Shown in pieces: positions 1 to 9,743 of a DNA stretch of 64,000 nucleotides. The number at the start of each line of letters is the position of its first letter. Position 1 is the first letter of the stretch. The notes beneath the pieces were generated by a model. That model was not told the DNA's origin and made no database searches. It was given only the letters and a program-made list of their open reading frames with translations. The stretch comes from Eubacteriales bacterium. Its GTDB lineage: Bacteria; Bacillota; Clostridia; Oscillospirales; SIG627. A program made the translations under genes and the position numbers. The DNA is taken from contig JAZODR010000038.1 of NCBI GenBank assembly GCA_045597125.1, positions 24,096 through 88,095 of the forward strand. The letters are read 5' to 3'.

Positions 1-1275
1 ATCGCCGTGAAGAACAAAGTCGAATCCATCCAAAAGACGAAAATGCCCGATGTTGCCAACCATGGCGTGACGAGCGCCTTGGTCATAAGCTTTTTTTAAT
101 TGTTGGCGTACCACCCCCTCTTCTTCAGGGAAAATAACAGGTGGCATCAACACTCCGTTTGCTTTTGTACCGTCAAAGACTGCTAAGGGAAGATAGATTT
201 CATGAAAAAAGTCGGTTTCGGGAATTTGCTCTGCATACTGAAATCGTGCGGAGCGGTGGAACCGAGGTTTTGTCTTTGGTGGCAAAACAGGCACATTCGG
301 AAAAATTTTCTCGCGGGTTATTTGAATTGATTTTGCGCTTCTACCTGAATCCGTAAAACAGATACGCCGGGTGGCAGTTTGTTCCTTATCCCGATTCGTT
401 CGGGTGCCCAGCATAGCGGAGTGCAAATTTTTGACGAAATATCCGTCGGTAAAACCGCTTCGGGAAAAAACATCGGAAAGACGCGTCATTTCTTGGTCGG
501 TGGCACTTCTTTCTTCGTCCAAAAGGTTGCGCCAAATACGCGATACCGTATATACATATTCGGGGCTTTTCATTCTGCCTTCAATTTTCAAAGAAGAAAT
601 TCCCATTTGCAGAATCTCGGGAATATGTTTTGCCAGACATAGATCGCGAAAGCTGATGGGATATTTGCCTCCGTTGTAGGGAAGTCTGCAGGGCTGGGCA
701 CATTCTCCTCGATTGCCGCTACGGTCTCCAATCATACTGCTCATGAGACATTGTCCTGATGCACTTGCGCAAATGGCACCGTGAACGAACAATTCCGTTT
801 CGATGGGGCTTTCTTTGCAAAGGGTGGCGATATTGTTTCGATCCATTTCACGGGCAAGAACCATGCGGGAAAACCCGCGCTCTTTCAAAAATTCTGCCGC
901 GCCTACACTATGACCTGACATCTGGGTGCTTCCGTGGAGTTCCAAGTCAGGGAAGGTATCTTTTAGGAGGGAAGAAAAGCCTATGTCTGCAAGAATCAGG
1001 CCGTCGCATTTTGCATCGTACAGAAAACCCACAAAATCCAAAGCGCGGGACAGGGCGCGGTCAGTCAGGAGGGTATTTAGGGTTATGTAAACACGTACGC
1101 CCTTTTCGTGGCATTTTTGAATGGCGCGAGAAATTTCTTCGCGTGTGAAATTTTTTGCATTCATTCGCGCATTGAATTCCGTTCCGCCGAAATATACTGC
1201 ATCCGCTCCGCCAAGCAGCGCCGCTTGTAGGGTGTCAGCACCGCCTACGGGACATAAAAGTTCGGGCTTTTTCAT
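1..1275 (-). CDS. U32 peptidase-family protein (RlhA/TrhP-like Fe-S RNA hydroxylase), 3' end runs off the window
   Basis: Not in the ORF track. Manual translation from ATG at 1275 (GGAGG SD upstream): MKKPELLCPVGG...GGADAVYFGG...HGAICASASGQCLMSSMIGDRSGNRGECAQPCRLPY...SLKIEGRMKSPEYV, which carries the U32 Cys motifs. Confidence 0.9.
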   Translation of the reverse strand, partial: MKKPELLCPVGGADTLQAALLGGADAVYFGGTEFNARMNAKNFTREEISRAIQKCHEKGVRVYITLNTLLTDRALSRALDFVGFLYDAKCDGLILADIGFSSLLKDTFPDLELHGSTQMSGHSVGAAEFLKERGFSRMVLAREMDRNNIATLCKESPIETELFVHGAICASASGQCLMSSMIGDRSGNRGECAQPCRLPYNGGKYPISFRDLCLAKHIPEILQMGISSLKIEGRMKSPEYVYTVSRIWRNLLDEERSATDQEMTRLSDVFSRSGFTDGYFVKNLHSAMLGTRTNRDKEQTATRRICFTDSGRSAKSIQITREKIFPNVPVLPPKTKPRFHRSARFQYAEQIPETDFFHEIYLPLAVFDGTKANGVLMPPVIFPEEEGVVRQQLKKAYDQGARHAMVGNIGHFRLLDGFDFVLHGD

Positions 1276-1418
1276 CGAATCCCTCCTTCTCTGAATAGTT
1301 ATACAATATAATATCATATTTTGTCGAAAAAGAAAAGAGTTTTTGAGGAAAAAGCATTCGATAACAAGAATGTATTGCTATTATAAAAAAAAGGTATTAC
1401 TGGTTTTTGTTGGATTGG

Positions 1419-1446
1419 TTGACAATTGTTTCTCTATTGATAGAAT
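1419..1446 (+). promoter_or_regulatory. sigmaA-type promoter
   Basis: TTGACA-16nt-TAGAAT with extended TG, upstream of 1481. Confidence 0.6.
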
Positions 1447-1480
1447 AATAGGAGAGTTGTTATCTAGATAAGGAGTTTAT

Positions 1481-2707
1481 ATGATTACGTTTAGCATTGC
1501 AGGTATTGCATTTTTAATGTTTAGTATTATGGTGATTGCGGCATTGGGATATATGCTGGGCAGAATTACCATCAAAGGCGTTTCGCTTGGTACTGCAGGT
1601 GTATTTATCGTAGCACTGCTGTTTGGCGCTTTGTTCCCCAATGTTCTCAGCGATGCGCTGACAATCAAGGTTGATGGGGAGGCGGTCTCCTATGCGTCCA
1701 ACGCTTTGAAGGTTATTGAGAATTTGGGACTGATTCTTTTTGTGGCTTCCGTAGGTTTTATTGCAGGGCCCAATTTCTTTTCCAATTTCAAGAAAAATTT
1801 TAAGTCTTATATCCTTATTGGATTGATTATTATTATTGCAGGCGGTCTTTCTGCTGTGGGATGTATTTGTTTTGGCAGATTGGTTGAAGGCGGTCAGGCA
1901 GGCTTCGATCCCAAGGAACTGACGGCGATGGTCGTAGGGCTTCTTTCGGGTTCTTTGACTTCTACTCCCGCTTTTTCGGCGGCAAAGGAAACGGTTGATT
2001 CTGCTTACGAGGCTGCCGTTACCGTTGGTCACGGTATTGCATATCTTTTCGGTGTCATCGGCGTAGTCCTTTTTGTTCAGCTTGTTCCGAAGATGTGCAA
2101 GGCAAATATGGATAAAGAAAGAGCATTGCTCACGGTCAGCGGACAAGCGTCAAAGACTAAAAAATCCAAGAAACTGATCGAGCTTGATGAATTCGGTATT
2201 GCTGCTTTTGCCACGGCTGCGGTGCTGGGATTGCTTTTGGGTGGTGTGAAGATTGCAAAATTCTTTTCCCTGGGTACTACAGGTGGCACATTGATCGTTT
2301 CTTTGGTCATCGGCTATATTGCACATATCGGTCCTATTAGTCTGATGCCGAAGGAAGGGACGCTGAAGGTATTTCGTGAGGTGGGCTTGATGCTGTTTTT
2401 GATCGGCGCAGGTATTGCAGGCGGAATCAGTTTTCTTGAGTATTTTGATATTATGTATTTTGTTTACGGTGTGATTATGACCATTATTCCTATGATCGTA
2501 GGTTTTTTCTTCGCAAAGTATGTACTCAAGTTGAGCCTTTTAAACAATCTCGGTTCCATCACCGGCGGTATGACCTCTACCCCTGCCCTTGGCACCTTGA
2601 TCAATGTTGCAGGAACTGAGGATGTTGCAGCCGCTTATGCCGCAACCTATCCCATCGCTTTGATTGTAGTTGTTTTGATTTCCCAGTTCTTGATTATTTT
2701 GTTTTAA
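1481..2707 (+). CDS. YidE/YbjL (AspT aspartate:alanine exchanger family) transporter, short form
   Basis: Internally duplicated hydrophobic halves (LGTAGVF..GLILFVASVGFIAG..GSLTSTPA and LGTTGGTL..GLMLFLIGAG..GGMTSTPA..YAATYP). Confidence 0.85.
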   Translation: MITFSIAGIAFLMFSIMVIAALGYMLGRITIKGVSLGTAGVFIVALLFGALFPNVLSDALTIKVDGEAVSYASNALKVIENLGLILFVASVGFIAGPNFFSNFKKNFKSYILIGLIIIIAGGLSAVGCICFGRLVEGGQAGFDPKELTAMVVGLLSGSLTSTPAFSAAKETVDSAYEAAVTVGHGIAYLFGVIGVVLFVQLVPKMCKANMDKERALLTVSGQASKTKKSKKLIELDEFGIAAFATAAVLGLLLGGVKIAKFFSLGTTGGTLIVSLVIGYIAHIGPISLMPKEGTLKVFREVGLMLFLIGAGIAGGISFLEYFDIMYFVYGVIMTIIPMIVGFFFAKYVLKLSLLNNLGSITGGMTSTPALGTLINVAGTEDVAAAYAATYPIALIVVVLISQFLIILF

Positions 2708-2713
2708 ACAATG

Positions 2714-2744
2714 AAAAAAGCTCTCTGATTCAGAGAGCTTTTTT
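2714..2744 (+). terminator. intrinsic terminator
   Basis: AAAAAAGCTCTCTG-ATT-CAGAGAGCTTTTTT. Confidence 0.85.
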
Positions 2745-2837
2745 CTGTTTTTGGATACAAAAATGGAAGAAAATTGCCTTGAAAAGTAAATCCCTTTTTG
2801 TTATACTGATTTTCGTAATAACAAAAAGGAGCAGATT

Positions 2838-3902
2838 ATGGAACAAATTTATTCCGTTTTGAAAAATTTCAAGATTGAAGGCACCGTGCAAAGTGTAGAG
2901 CGTTACGGAAACGGTCATATTAACGATACCTATCTTGTAGTATGTCAACCCTATCATCGTTATATTTTGCAGAGAATCAATACCTCTATTTTTCGCGATG
3001 TGGAAAGCCTGATGGAAAATATTTCTCAAGTAACCGCTTTCCTAGGTGAGCGTGCAGAAGAGAAGAGATCTGTTTTGACTTTGATTCCAACTACTGACTC
3101 TAAAAGCTTCTTTATGGACGAAAGCGGCGCTTGGCGAATTTACGACTTTGTTGAGGATTCTCTTTGTTTGGAGCGACCCGAAGGGGAAGAGGATTTTTAC
3201 CAGTGCGCGTATGCCTTCGGTGCATTTCAGAAACTTCTGGCAGATTTTCCCGCCCATAATTTGAGTGAGACTATTCCCGCATTTCACAATACTCCTAAGC
3301 GATATGCAGATTTTTGCAAAGCAGTTGAGGAGGATGTATTTGGCAGAAGAAAAGATGTAGAGGAAGAAATCGCCTTTGTTCATGCGCGGAAAGATTTCTA
3401 TTCTGTGCTTTTGGATGCTGAGAAGAGGGGGGATTTGCCTTTGCGAGTCAGCCACAATGATACCAAGTGTAACAATGTGCTTTTGGATGCTTCTACCCGC
3501 AAGGGACTTTGCGTTATTGACCTTGATACCGTAATGCCCGGCTACAGCGTGACCGATTTCGGCGATTCCATTCGTTCCGGCGCCTCTACCGGTGCTGAGG
3601 ATGAAAAGGATTTGTCTAAGGTGAATTTTGATTTGAATCTTTACAAGGCATACGTGGATGGCTTTTTGGCAGGTTGCGGTGGGTCTTTGCCTGCAAGCGA
3701 GATTGCTTTGCTTCCTGAGGGGGCAAAGATGATGACTATTGAGTGCGGGATGCGTTTCTTGACAGATTACTTGCAGGGAGATACCTATTTTAAGACTTCT
3801 TATCCCGGCCATAATTTGGTACGCTTCCGTACTCAGATGAAACTGGTTCAAGGTATGGAAGAAAATTGGGACGAAATGAAAAAGATCGTTTTGGAAAAAT
3901 AA
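2838..3902 (+). CDS. APH-fold phosphotransferase, N-acetylhexosamine 1-kinase (NahK)-like
   Basis: GNGHINDTY, LQRIN, HNDTKCNN, VIDLDTVMPG and DFGDSIR motifs. Confidence 0.8.
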   Translation: MEQIYSVLKNFKIEGTVQSVERYGNGHINDTYLVVCQPYHRYILQRINTSIFRDVESLMENISQVTAFLGERAEEKRSVLTLIPTTDSKSFFMDESGAWRIYDFVEDSLCLERPEGEEDFYQCAYAFGAFQKLLADFPAHNLSETIPAFHNTPKRYADFCKAVEEDVFGRRKDVEEEIAFVHARKDFYSVLLDAEKRGDLPLRVSHNDTKCNNVLLDASTRKGLCVIDLDTVMPGYSVTDFGDSIRSGASTGAEDEKDLSKVNFDLNLYKAYVDGFLAGCGGSLPASEIALLPEGAKMMTIECGMRFLTDYLQGDTYFKTSYPGHNLVRFRTQMKLVQGMEENWDEMKKIVLEK

Positions 3903-3936
3903 AAAAACACGATGGCAATTTGCCATCGTGTTTTTT
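3901..3936. terminator. bidirectional intrinsic terminator
   Basis: AAAAAAACACGATGGCA/TGCCATCGTGTTTTTT between convergent genes. Confidence 0.85.
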
Positions 3937-4375
3937 ATTTAGAAAATATGTTCACATCTCTTGATTCTACGGGAGTAGAGAAGACAACCTGTGTGCTGGT
4001 TCTTCCATAGCGCTGAAGAGTACCCAAAAAGGCTTCCAATTCAGAGGTGGTGCGGAAGGCAACTTTGATCAGCTGGGAATACTGTCCTGTAATACAGGAG
4101 CATTCCAGAACGTTGGGACAATCCTTGATAAAGGGATAAAAATCGGTTTTTTTTGACGGTTCCATTTCCAGACTGATAAATGCAGTTACGTCGTAGCCGA
4201 GCATTGCGCGATCAATGGTCATATGATAACCCTTGATCAGACCGCTCTGAGAAAGACGGTCAATTCTTGCCGAAACGGCGGGTGAAGAAAGAAATACCTC
4301 TTTGGCAATTTCCTTTACGGGTATACGGGCGTTTTCCTGTAGCATTTGTAGAATTTTTTCATCAACCTTGTCCAT
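3935..4375 (-). CDS. Lrp/AsnC family transcriptional regulator
   Basis: MDKVDEKILQMLQENAR..LSSPAVSARIDRL HTH plus C-terminal RAM domain. Confidence 0.92.
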   Translation of the reverse strand: MDKVDEKILQMLQENARIPVKEIAKEVFLSSPAVSARIDRLSQSGLIKGYHMTIDRAMLGYDVTAFISLEMEPSKKTDFYPFIKDCPNVLECSCITGQYSQLIKVAFRTTSELEAFLGTLQRYGRTSTQVVFSTPVESRDVNIFSK

Positions 4376-4476
4376 AGTCGGTTCCTCGTTTATTAAAAAT
4401 AATTTCGCACTGAAACTATTTTACCACTAAAAATACAAAATGCAAGAAAAACAGCAATAAAACTTTATAATATTAA

Positions 4477-5130
4477 TTATATCACCTTGTTATAGTCAAA
4501 CAGATCCCAAGGATATTTTTTTTCGGGAGAAACAGAAAAGGAAAGCATTTCTCCGCTTGTTGGATGGGGGAAGGAGAGAGCACAGCAGAACAAAGCCAAG
4601 CTGTCACCATTTCCTCCGTACTTTCGATCGCCGTAAAGAGGCATCTTTCTAGAGGCAAATTGTACGCGGATTTGATGAGTGCGCCCCGTTTCGGGCAATA
4701 CTCGTACTAAGGAAAGACCGTCCTGCGTATGCATCACTTCATAATGCAACCGTGCATCCTTTACCCCGCGGCGTGGTCTTTTTACGGGAAAAACTTTTCT
4801 TTTCCCGCGGTCAAAAAACAGAAGGTCTTCCAAAACGTCTTTTGGCTCTTTGGGTCTTGCAGTGAGAATTGCCAGGTATTCCTTAACAAATTTCTTATCC
4901 TGTAAAGCTCTGCTTAAAGCCGCGGCGGCTTTGGAGGTTCTCGCAAATACCATAATTCCCGCAGTTTCACGATCCAAACGATGAACGGGAAAAATCTTGC
5001 CACCAAGCCCTTCTTCTAAGATGGAAAGCATACTGACCTGATTTTTTTCATCCGATTGGGAAAGGACCCCTGAAGGCTTTATAGCAACTGCCAGATGCTC
5101 ATCCTGATATAAAATAGCCTTAGTGTCCAT
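4477..5130 (-). CDS. RluA family pseudouridine synthase
   Basis: KPSG, VHRLDRETAG, TGRTHQIRVQ and GDRKYG motifs. Confidence 0.92.
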   Translation of the reverse strand: MDTKAILYQDEHLAVAIKPSGVLSQSDEKNQVSMLSILEEGLGGKIFPVHRLDRETAGIMVFARTSKAAAALSRALQDKKFVKEYLAILTARPKEPKDVLEDLLFFDRGKRKVFPVKRPRRGVKDARLHYEVMHTQDGLSLVRVLPETGRTHQIRVQFASRKMPLYGDRKYGGNGDSLALFCCALSFPHPTSGEMLSFSVSPEKKYPWDLFDYNKVI

Positions 5131-6502
5131 AGGAATCCAGAATTAAATCGGTGAGATTTACAATGGTTCCGGCGCCCATAATGATGAGTAGGCCTTCACG
5201 GGTTTGTTCTTTCAGATACTTTGTAATTTCAGCAAAATTGCCACGATAGGTAAGGCGTTCGCTTTGCTTAGCAAGAATCGGAGATTCAATGCCCGGTACA
5301 GGCTTTTCTCTTGCCGGATAAATATCTGCCAGTATTACTTCATCTGCCAGAGAAAGAGAAGAAACAAATTCGGGCCAATAGGCCTGGGTTCTGGTGTAGG
5401 TATGCGGCTGAAATACTACCGTAATGTGGGAGTGACCCAGTTTTTTTGCGGCAAGTAGCGTTGCACGGATTTCGTCGGGGTGATGTGCATAGTCATCAAA
5501 CACCTGCATGTTATTGCATTTTCCTCGGTATTCAAATCTCCTCTTAACTCCTCGGAAAGCTTCCAGACCTTTGCGGATAGAATCACCATCAATTCCGGAT
5601 AAATATGCTGCAGAGGCGGCAGCAAGAGCATTGGAAACGCTATGCTCGCCCGGTACGGAAAGTTTTACGGAGCAAAGAAAACCTTTTTTCACCATAATAT
5701 CGAAGGCGTAAAATCCTTTTTCTTCCCGTATATTTTCACACCAAAGGTCTGCTTTTTCTTTTGAGGAAAAGAAAAAGGTAGGTGCCAAGGTGCTGGATGC
5801 CACTTCCATAGCTCCCCGATTATCGTGGTTAAAAATTGCGGCGCCGTCTTTGGCAATGTTTGTGAATTTCACAAAGGAAGTGATTACGTCTTCTAATGTG
5901 GGGAAGAAGTCCGCGTGGTCATGTTCTACGTTGAGAACTACAGCAAGACGAGGAAAGAAATCCAAAAAAGAATTTTGGTATTCACAGGCTTCAAAGAGAA
6001 AATCCTGACCGTTCCCTAAACGATATGTACTGTTCAGTTCGGGGAGGACCGCGCCTGCCATTACGGTTGGATCCCGATCCTCGGCAAGCATAAAAATAGA
6101 AGAAAGCATACCTGTAGTGGAGCTTTTTCCGTGAGTGCCGGAAATACCGATTGGATTTTTCCTTTGCTTCATTAAAAGACCCAAAAACTTTGCACGCGGC
6201 ATCATAGGAAGCCCTAATTTCTTGGGATACGAGAAAACAATATCGTCCTCGTGAATGGCGCCGGTATATACCACAAGCTGGACATTGTCGTATGCTGATT
6301 GTTCAAAATTTGTATATACGGGGATATTCTCGGCCATAAGCTTTCTTGTGATATCGCTTTCCGCCGCATCGTAGCCGGCTACCGTACAGCCGTATTTTTT
6401 TGCTGTGAAGGCAAGGGAGGACATACTGACGCCACCGATTCCCAAAAAGAAAATATTGGGCTTTTTGTCCAAGAAATTGAGAGAAGTTGCATTTTTTTTC
6501 AT
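5120..6502 (-). CDS. murC: UDP-N-acetylmuramate--L-alanine ligase
   Basis: GIGGVSMS, GTHGKSSTT, EACEY, DDYAHHP and FQPHTYTRT motifs. Confidence 0.95.
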   Translation of the reverse strand: MKKNATSLNFLDKKPNIFFLGIGGVSMSSLAFTAKKYGCTVAGYDAAESDITRKLMAENIPVYTNFEQSAYDNVQLVVYTGAIHEDDIVFSYPKKLGLPMMPRAKFLGLLMKQRKNPIGISGTHGKSSTTGMLSSIFMLAEDRDPTVMAGAVLPELNSTYRLGNGQDFLFEACEYQNSFLDFFPRLAVVLNVEHDHADFFPTLEDVITSFVKFTNIAKDGAAIFNHDNRGAMEVASSTLAPTFFFSSKEKADLWCENIREEKGFYAFDIMVKKGFLCSVKLSVPGEHSVSNALAAASAAYLSGIDGDSIRKGLEAFRGVKRRFEYRGKCNNMQVFDDYAHHPDEIRATLLAAKKLGHSHITVVFQPHTYTRTQAYWPEFVSSLSLADEVILADIYPAREKPVPGIESPILAKQSERLTYRGNFAEITKYLKEQTREGLLIIMGAGTIVNLTDLILDSYGH

Positions 6503-6581
6503 AATTTCACCTAAAATTCACATAAGGATGTTAGAATTTGCTTAAATAGGGAGACTAATTTTTAATGAAGGAGAAAAGACG

Positions 6582-6863
6582 ATGCAGATTACCGATGTAA
6601 AAATCAGAAAAACTTTTACGGAAGGGCCGATGCTTGCTGTTGCAAGTGTTACCCTGGGAGATGTTTTTGTCGTTCACGATGTGAAGGTTATCATTGCTAA
6701 TGATCGCCGCTTTATCGTAATGCCCAGTCGCAAAAATGCCGATGGAACTTACCGCGATATTGCTCATCCCATTACCGCTGAATTTCGCACAGATTTGGAA
6801 AAGGCTGTGCTTGCCGCATACGAAGCAGCATTGGCAGAGGCTCCTCTTGACGATACTCTTTGA
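6582..6863 (+). CDS. spoVG: septation regulator SpoVG
   Basis: MQITDVKIRK..VVHDVKVI..MPSRK..YRDIAHPI. Confidence 0.95.
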   Translation: MQITDVKIRKTFTEGPMLAVASVTLGDVFVVHDVKVIIANDRRFIVMPSRKNADGTYRDIAHPITAEFRTDLEKAVLAAYEAALAEAPLDDTL

Positions 6864-7029
6864 TATATTATATCTTTTATTATATCTTTTTTTCCGCGCT
6901 TTTGCAAGAGCCTTGAAAAAATAGAGAAAACAAGAAAAAGGGGGAGCGATCCCCTTTTTTCTTATGCTTGACGATGCGCATCCTTGTTTGTTATAATGTG
7001 TGCATCAGCGAAAGAAAGGAACTTTTTAA

Positions 7030-8007
7030 GTGGAAAAAATTACTTTCAAAAAAATGCTTCCTCAGCAGAAGACGGTACGCTTTCTGCTTGCAACTTTGTT
7101 TCTGACCGTGGGAATTTATCTTGCCTATCCCGTCCACGGAATTTTGGCAACCTTTCCCGTTTGTTTTGTCTTTTCCGTTTTGGCGTTCCTTCTAAATGAT
7201 TGTCTGGGTATGCATCTGACAAGCGCTGCAGGTATTGCATTTTTTTATAGTCTGATGACTGATTTTTACGACCCTTTTATCTTTACTTTGTTTTGTGCTG
7301 CTTCTGCCTTTTTGGCTGCCCTGACGGTGCGCTCCATACGAGCACTTTCAAAAGGGAAAAAAATTTTTCTCTTCTTGAGTCTTGTTGTGGCAGGAAGCGT
7401 TCTCACGGTGTTGCTTAGCGGAACCCCCAGTTCCTTTCTTTCAGCAGAAAAGGATGCTCGGGAGTATCTAAATAAAACCTACCCGGACCAAAAATTTGAA
7501 GCGGTGACCGTTTATTATAATGCTCGAAAAAAATGTTATGCGGCAGAGGTAGAGTATTTGTATGAGGGAAATATTTTAAGTTCTTCTGTTTTGTTTTCCA
7601 AAAATGTCGAAGATGGTTTTTTGGACGATTTTGTGTCCTGGATGCAGGAAAAGCGCAAATCTGTTTTTATTGACGTGGTCAAAAAGAGCGGTGAGGATGT
7701 TTTAATCAATTCCGCAGGTTTGACCGAGAAAACATTCGATGGTATATTTCGCGGCTCTTATGGAATTTTTGGAACAGAAATGGAGCCTCTTTTCCATTTT
7801 TCTGCTACCTTCCGCGAGGAAAAGCCTGAGCGGGTCGATTTTGCCGATGCTTGTCGCAATGTGATGGATACGATGAAGGAGCAAGGCTTTGACTATGGCT
7901 CTGTTACCTTTTATGCTTTGGATGCAGGGAATGTGGTGTACGAATGTACCGTCACTCCCGAAACCGATTCCGAGCTTGTTCTAAGCCTTATAAAATACAC
8001 AAAATAA
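7030..8007 (+). CDS. hypothetical membrane protein (about 5 N-terminal TM segments plus soluble C-terminal domain)
   Basis: GTG start with GAAAGGA SD, a TTGACG/TATAAT promoter at about 6968-6997, a hydrophobic N-terminal third, and a terminator at 8011-8039. Confidence 0.7.
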   Translation: MEKITFKKMLPQQKTVRFLLATLFLTVGIYLAYPVHGILATFPVCFVFSVLAFLLNDCLGMHLTSAAGIAFFYSLMTDFYDPFIFTLFCAASAFLAALTVRSIRALSKGKKIFLFLSLVVAGSVLTVLLSGTPSSFLSAEKDAREYLNKTYPDQKFEAVTVYYNARKKCYAAEVEYLYEGNILSSSVLFSKNVEDGFLDDFVSWMQEKRKSVFIDVVKKSGEDVLINSAGLTEKTFDGIFRGSYGIFGTEMEPLFHFSATFREEKPERVDFADACRNVMDTMKEQGFDYGSVTFYALDAGNVVYECTVTPETDSELVLSLIKYTK

Positions 8008-8079
8008 CGAAGAAAAGACCGCGAAACGCGGTCTTTTCTAATGCCTTTTATCATAGAATTTGATAAAAGGAGATAGGAT

Positions 8080-8700
8080 ATGGTCAAACAATATAATCGT
8101 ATGCGCTACCGAGAAAAATTCCGTCGTTATCGGATTTTCTTTTTTGTGATGTCGCTTTTGTTTGCAGCTTGTCTTGTAGGAGAAGTTTTTTGGTTTGGAA
8201 ATATGGGATATAGCTACAATCGGGAAAGCGTTGCGTTTTCCTCTTTTTTCTCGAATTTGTTCGTTGGTGAACTTTTGTTTTTACTTGCAGTATTTCTTTT
8301 TGGCCTTACGCTTTACGCGCCAATATTCGGTTTTTTATGTGCCGGAGCAAGAGGCGCTTTTTCGGGCTTTTGCCTATCACTTCTCAGTTCCGATTTAAAA
8401 AGCGCAAAAGGAATATGGCTTTTTCTGATTTGTGCGTTATATTTGCTTATTTCTTCTTGGCTCTTTGTGGCATATACAGGTTTTTGTACCACAACGGCTC
8501 TCCAGCTCTTTTCCAATCCGTCGAAAAGCGCACGGGGCGGGGAAAAAAGCATGTACGGCGGTACTTTATTTTATTCTTCGTTTTTTCAAGAATCGGTGAA
8601 TCTGAGATTTTTATTTGGTTATATTCTCTTTTTTCTGGGAGTGGTTTTCTTCTCCTTTCTTCTTACCCTTGCCTTTGCGGGAATCAGAAGTTTGCTATAA
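8080..8700 (+). CDS. membrane protein, possibly SpoIIM-like
   Basis: Multi-TM ~200 aa protein with AAGGAG SD. Segment F..NL..ELLFLLAVFLFGLT..P....ARGAFSGF resembles SpoIIM, and a CATAGAAT sigmaE-like -10 lies upstream. Confidence 0.55.
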   Translation: MVKQYNRMRYREKFRRYRIFFFVMSLLFAACLVGEVFWFGNMGYSYNRESVAFSSFFSNLFVGELLFLLAVFLFGLTLYAPIFGFLCAGARGAFSGFCLSLLSSDLKSAKGIWLFLICALYLLISSWLFVAYTGFCTTTALQLFSNPSKSARGGEKSMYGGTLFYSSFFQESVNLRFLFGYILFFLGVVFFSFLLTLAFAGIRSLL

Positions 8701-8832
8701 AAAACTACGCCCAACATATCTATTATATAAAAAAACGATTCAAAAATCTAGTGTTATTTTTCATAAAAAATAACAAAATATTTTGGTTAAAATGTGAATT
8801 TACAAAAAAGATAACATATGCTAAGATATAGG

Positions 8833-9000
8833 TGCAAGGAAGAAAGAGAAAGGAGATAAGTCCAAAGATTTAAATACAGTGACCCCGTGATGAGGAGTAA
8901 TGAGTGACTTAAAGAATTTGGAGGTACGGTCCCATGAACACAACGGACCAGTTTTAACCCCGAACCGCGAGAAGAAAAATCGGTTCGGGGTTTTACTTTT
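8833..9000 (+). ncRNA. candidate small RNA or micro-peptide transcript
   Basis: Promoter TTTACA(8799)-17-TAAGAT(8822) with extended TG, internal hairpins, and terminator AACCCCGAACCG/CGGTTCGGGGTT+TTACTTTT. No long ORF ends inside it. Confidence 0.55.
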
Positions 9001-9011
9001 GCAAAAATATC

Positions 9012-9040
9012 TTGCAAAGCTGTATCGTTTATGCTATAAT
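9012..9040 (+). promoter_or_regulatory. sigmaA promoter of the B12-regulated operon
   Basis: TTGCAA-17-TATAAT with extended TG. Confidence 0.7.
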
Positions 9041-9083
9041 TCTTTCAACAAAAGAATAAACACAGTTCATAGAATTTTTCTTT

Positions 9084-9290
9084 GTCGGGGTTTTGCCTCG
9101 GGGATCAGGAAATACGGTGAGAATCCGTAGCAACCGCCATTGCCGTGATAGATATATTTCTTTAGTCGGAATGCTGATCGGACTGTGACCCAATAAAAGT
9201 CTCTCGGGCAAATGGGCGAGGCAGGGAAGGAAACGGGACAGGTGTTTCCTTTTGTTTTGCGCCTTGGGGAGGGCGCTTTTATTTTTAGCC
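9084..9290 (+). promoter_or_regulatory. cobalamin riboswitch (compact) with terminator expression platform
   Basis: GATCAG-GAAA-TACGGTGAGAATCCGTA-GCAACCGCCATTGC-CGTGA...AGTCGGAATG-CTGATC core. Loop CCATT can kiss downstream AATGG (about 9210). Terminator GCGCCTT/AGGGCGC-TTTT at 9258-9290. Downstream genes are B12-uptake types. Confidence 0.85.
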
Positions 9291-9317
9291 TTTTGAAAAA
9301 TGAAAGGAAAAAAAACA

Positions 9318-9743
9318 ATGAAAACAAAAATTTTAGCAATTCTTTTGACTTTTATCTTGCTTCTTAATTTCGTATCGTGTACCAATGAAGTAACCCTAAC
9401 TTCCGAAGACTTGTGGGCGAATGCGACGTATCGCGAGGATAAAACCTTTGGTAGCGGCGATAAAACCTTTACGCTTAAGGTGGTTGCAGGGGATCGTTAT
9501 GTTACCTTTACCGTGAATACCGATAAAGAAAATCTTGCAGAGGCACTTTTGGAGCATAAAATCGTCGAGGGGGAAGACGGTGCATACGGTCTTTACATTA
9601 AAGAGGTAAACGGAATCCTTGCGGATTACGATGTGGATCAAAGCTATTGGTCTTTTGAGATTGATGGCGAAGCTCAGATGAGCGGTGTCAGCGATACCAA
9701 ACTTTGTGGTGGGGAATCCTTCGAGCTTGTTTATGCAAAATAA
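9318..9743 (+). CDS. DUF4430-domain lipoprotein (putative corrinoid-binding)
   Basis: Lipobox FVSC. YGLYIKEVNGI..YWSFEIDGE...GV is a transcobalamin C-terminal-like motif. Lies under the riboswitch. Confidence 0.8.
   Translation: MKTKILAILLTFILLLNFVSCTNEVTLTSEDLWANATYREDKTFGSGDKTFTLKVVAGDRYVTFTVNTDKENLAEALLEHKIVEGEDGAYGLYIKEVNGILADYDVDQSYWSFEIDGEAQMSGVSDTKLCGGESFELVYAK

Noticed and set aside
141-1148. Plus-strand ORFs at 141-1148
   Set aside because: They are shadows of the minus-strand U32 gene.
8833-9000. 6S RNA, T-box or SRP identity for the orphan transcript
   Set aside because: I see no long end-to-end rod with a central bubble, no T-box GGTGGNACC sequence and no SRP core motif.
8900-9385. 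ORF-track ORFs 8900-9130, 9029-9385 and 9067-9339
   Set aside because: They cross a terminator, a promoter and the cobalamin riboswitch, and have no protein-like features.
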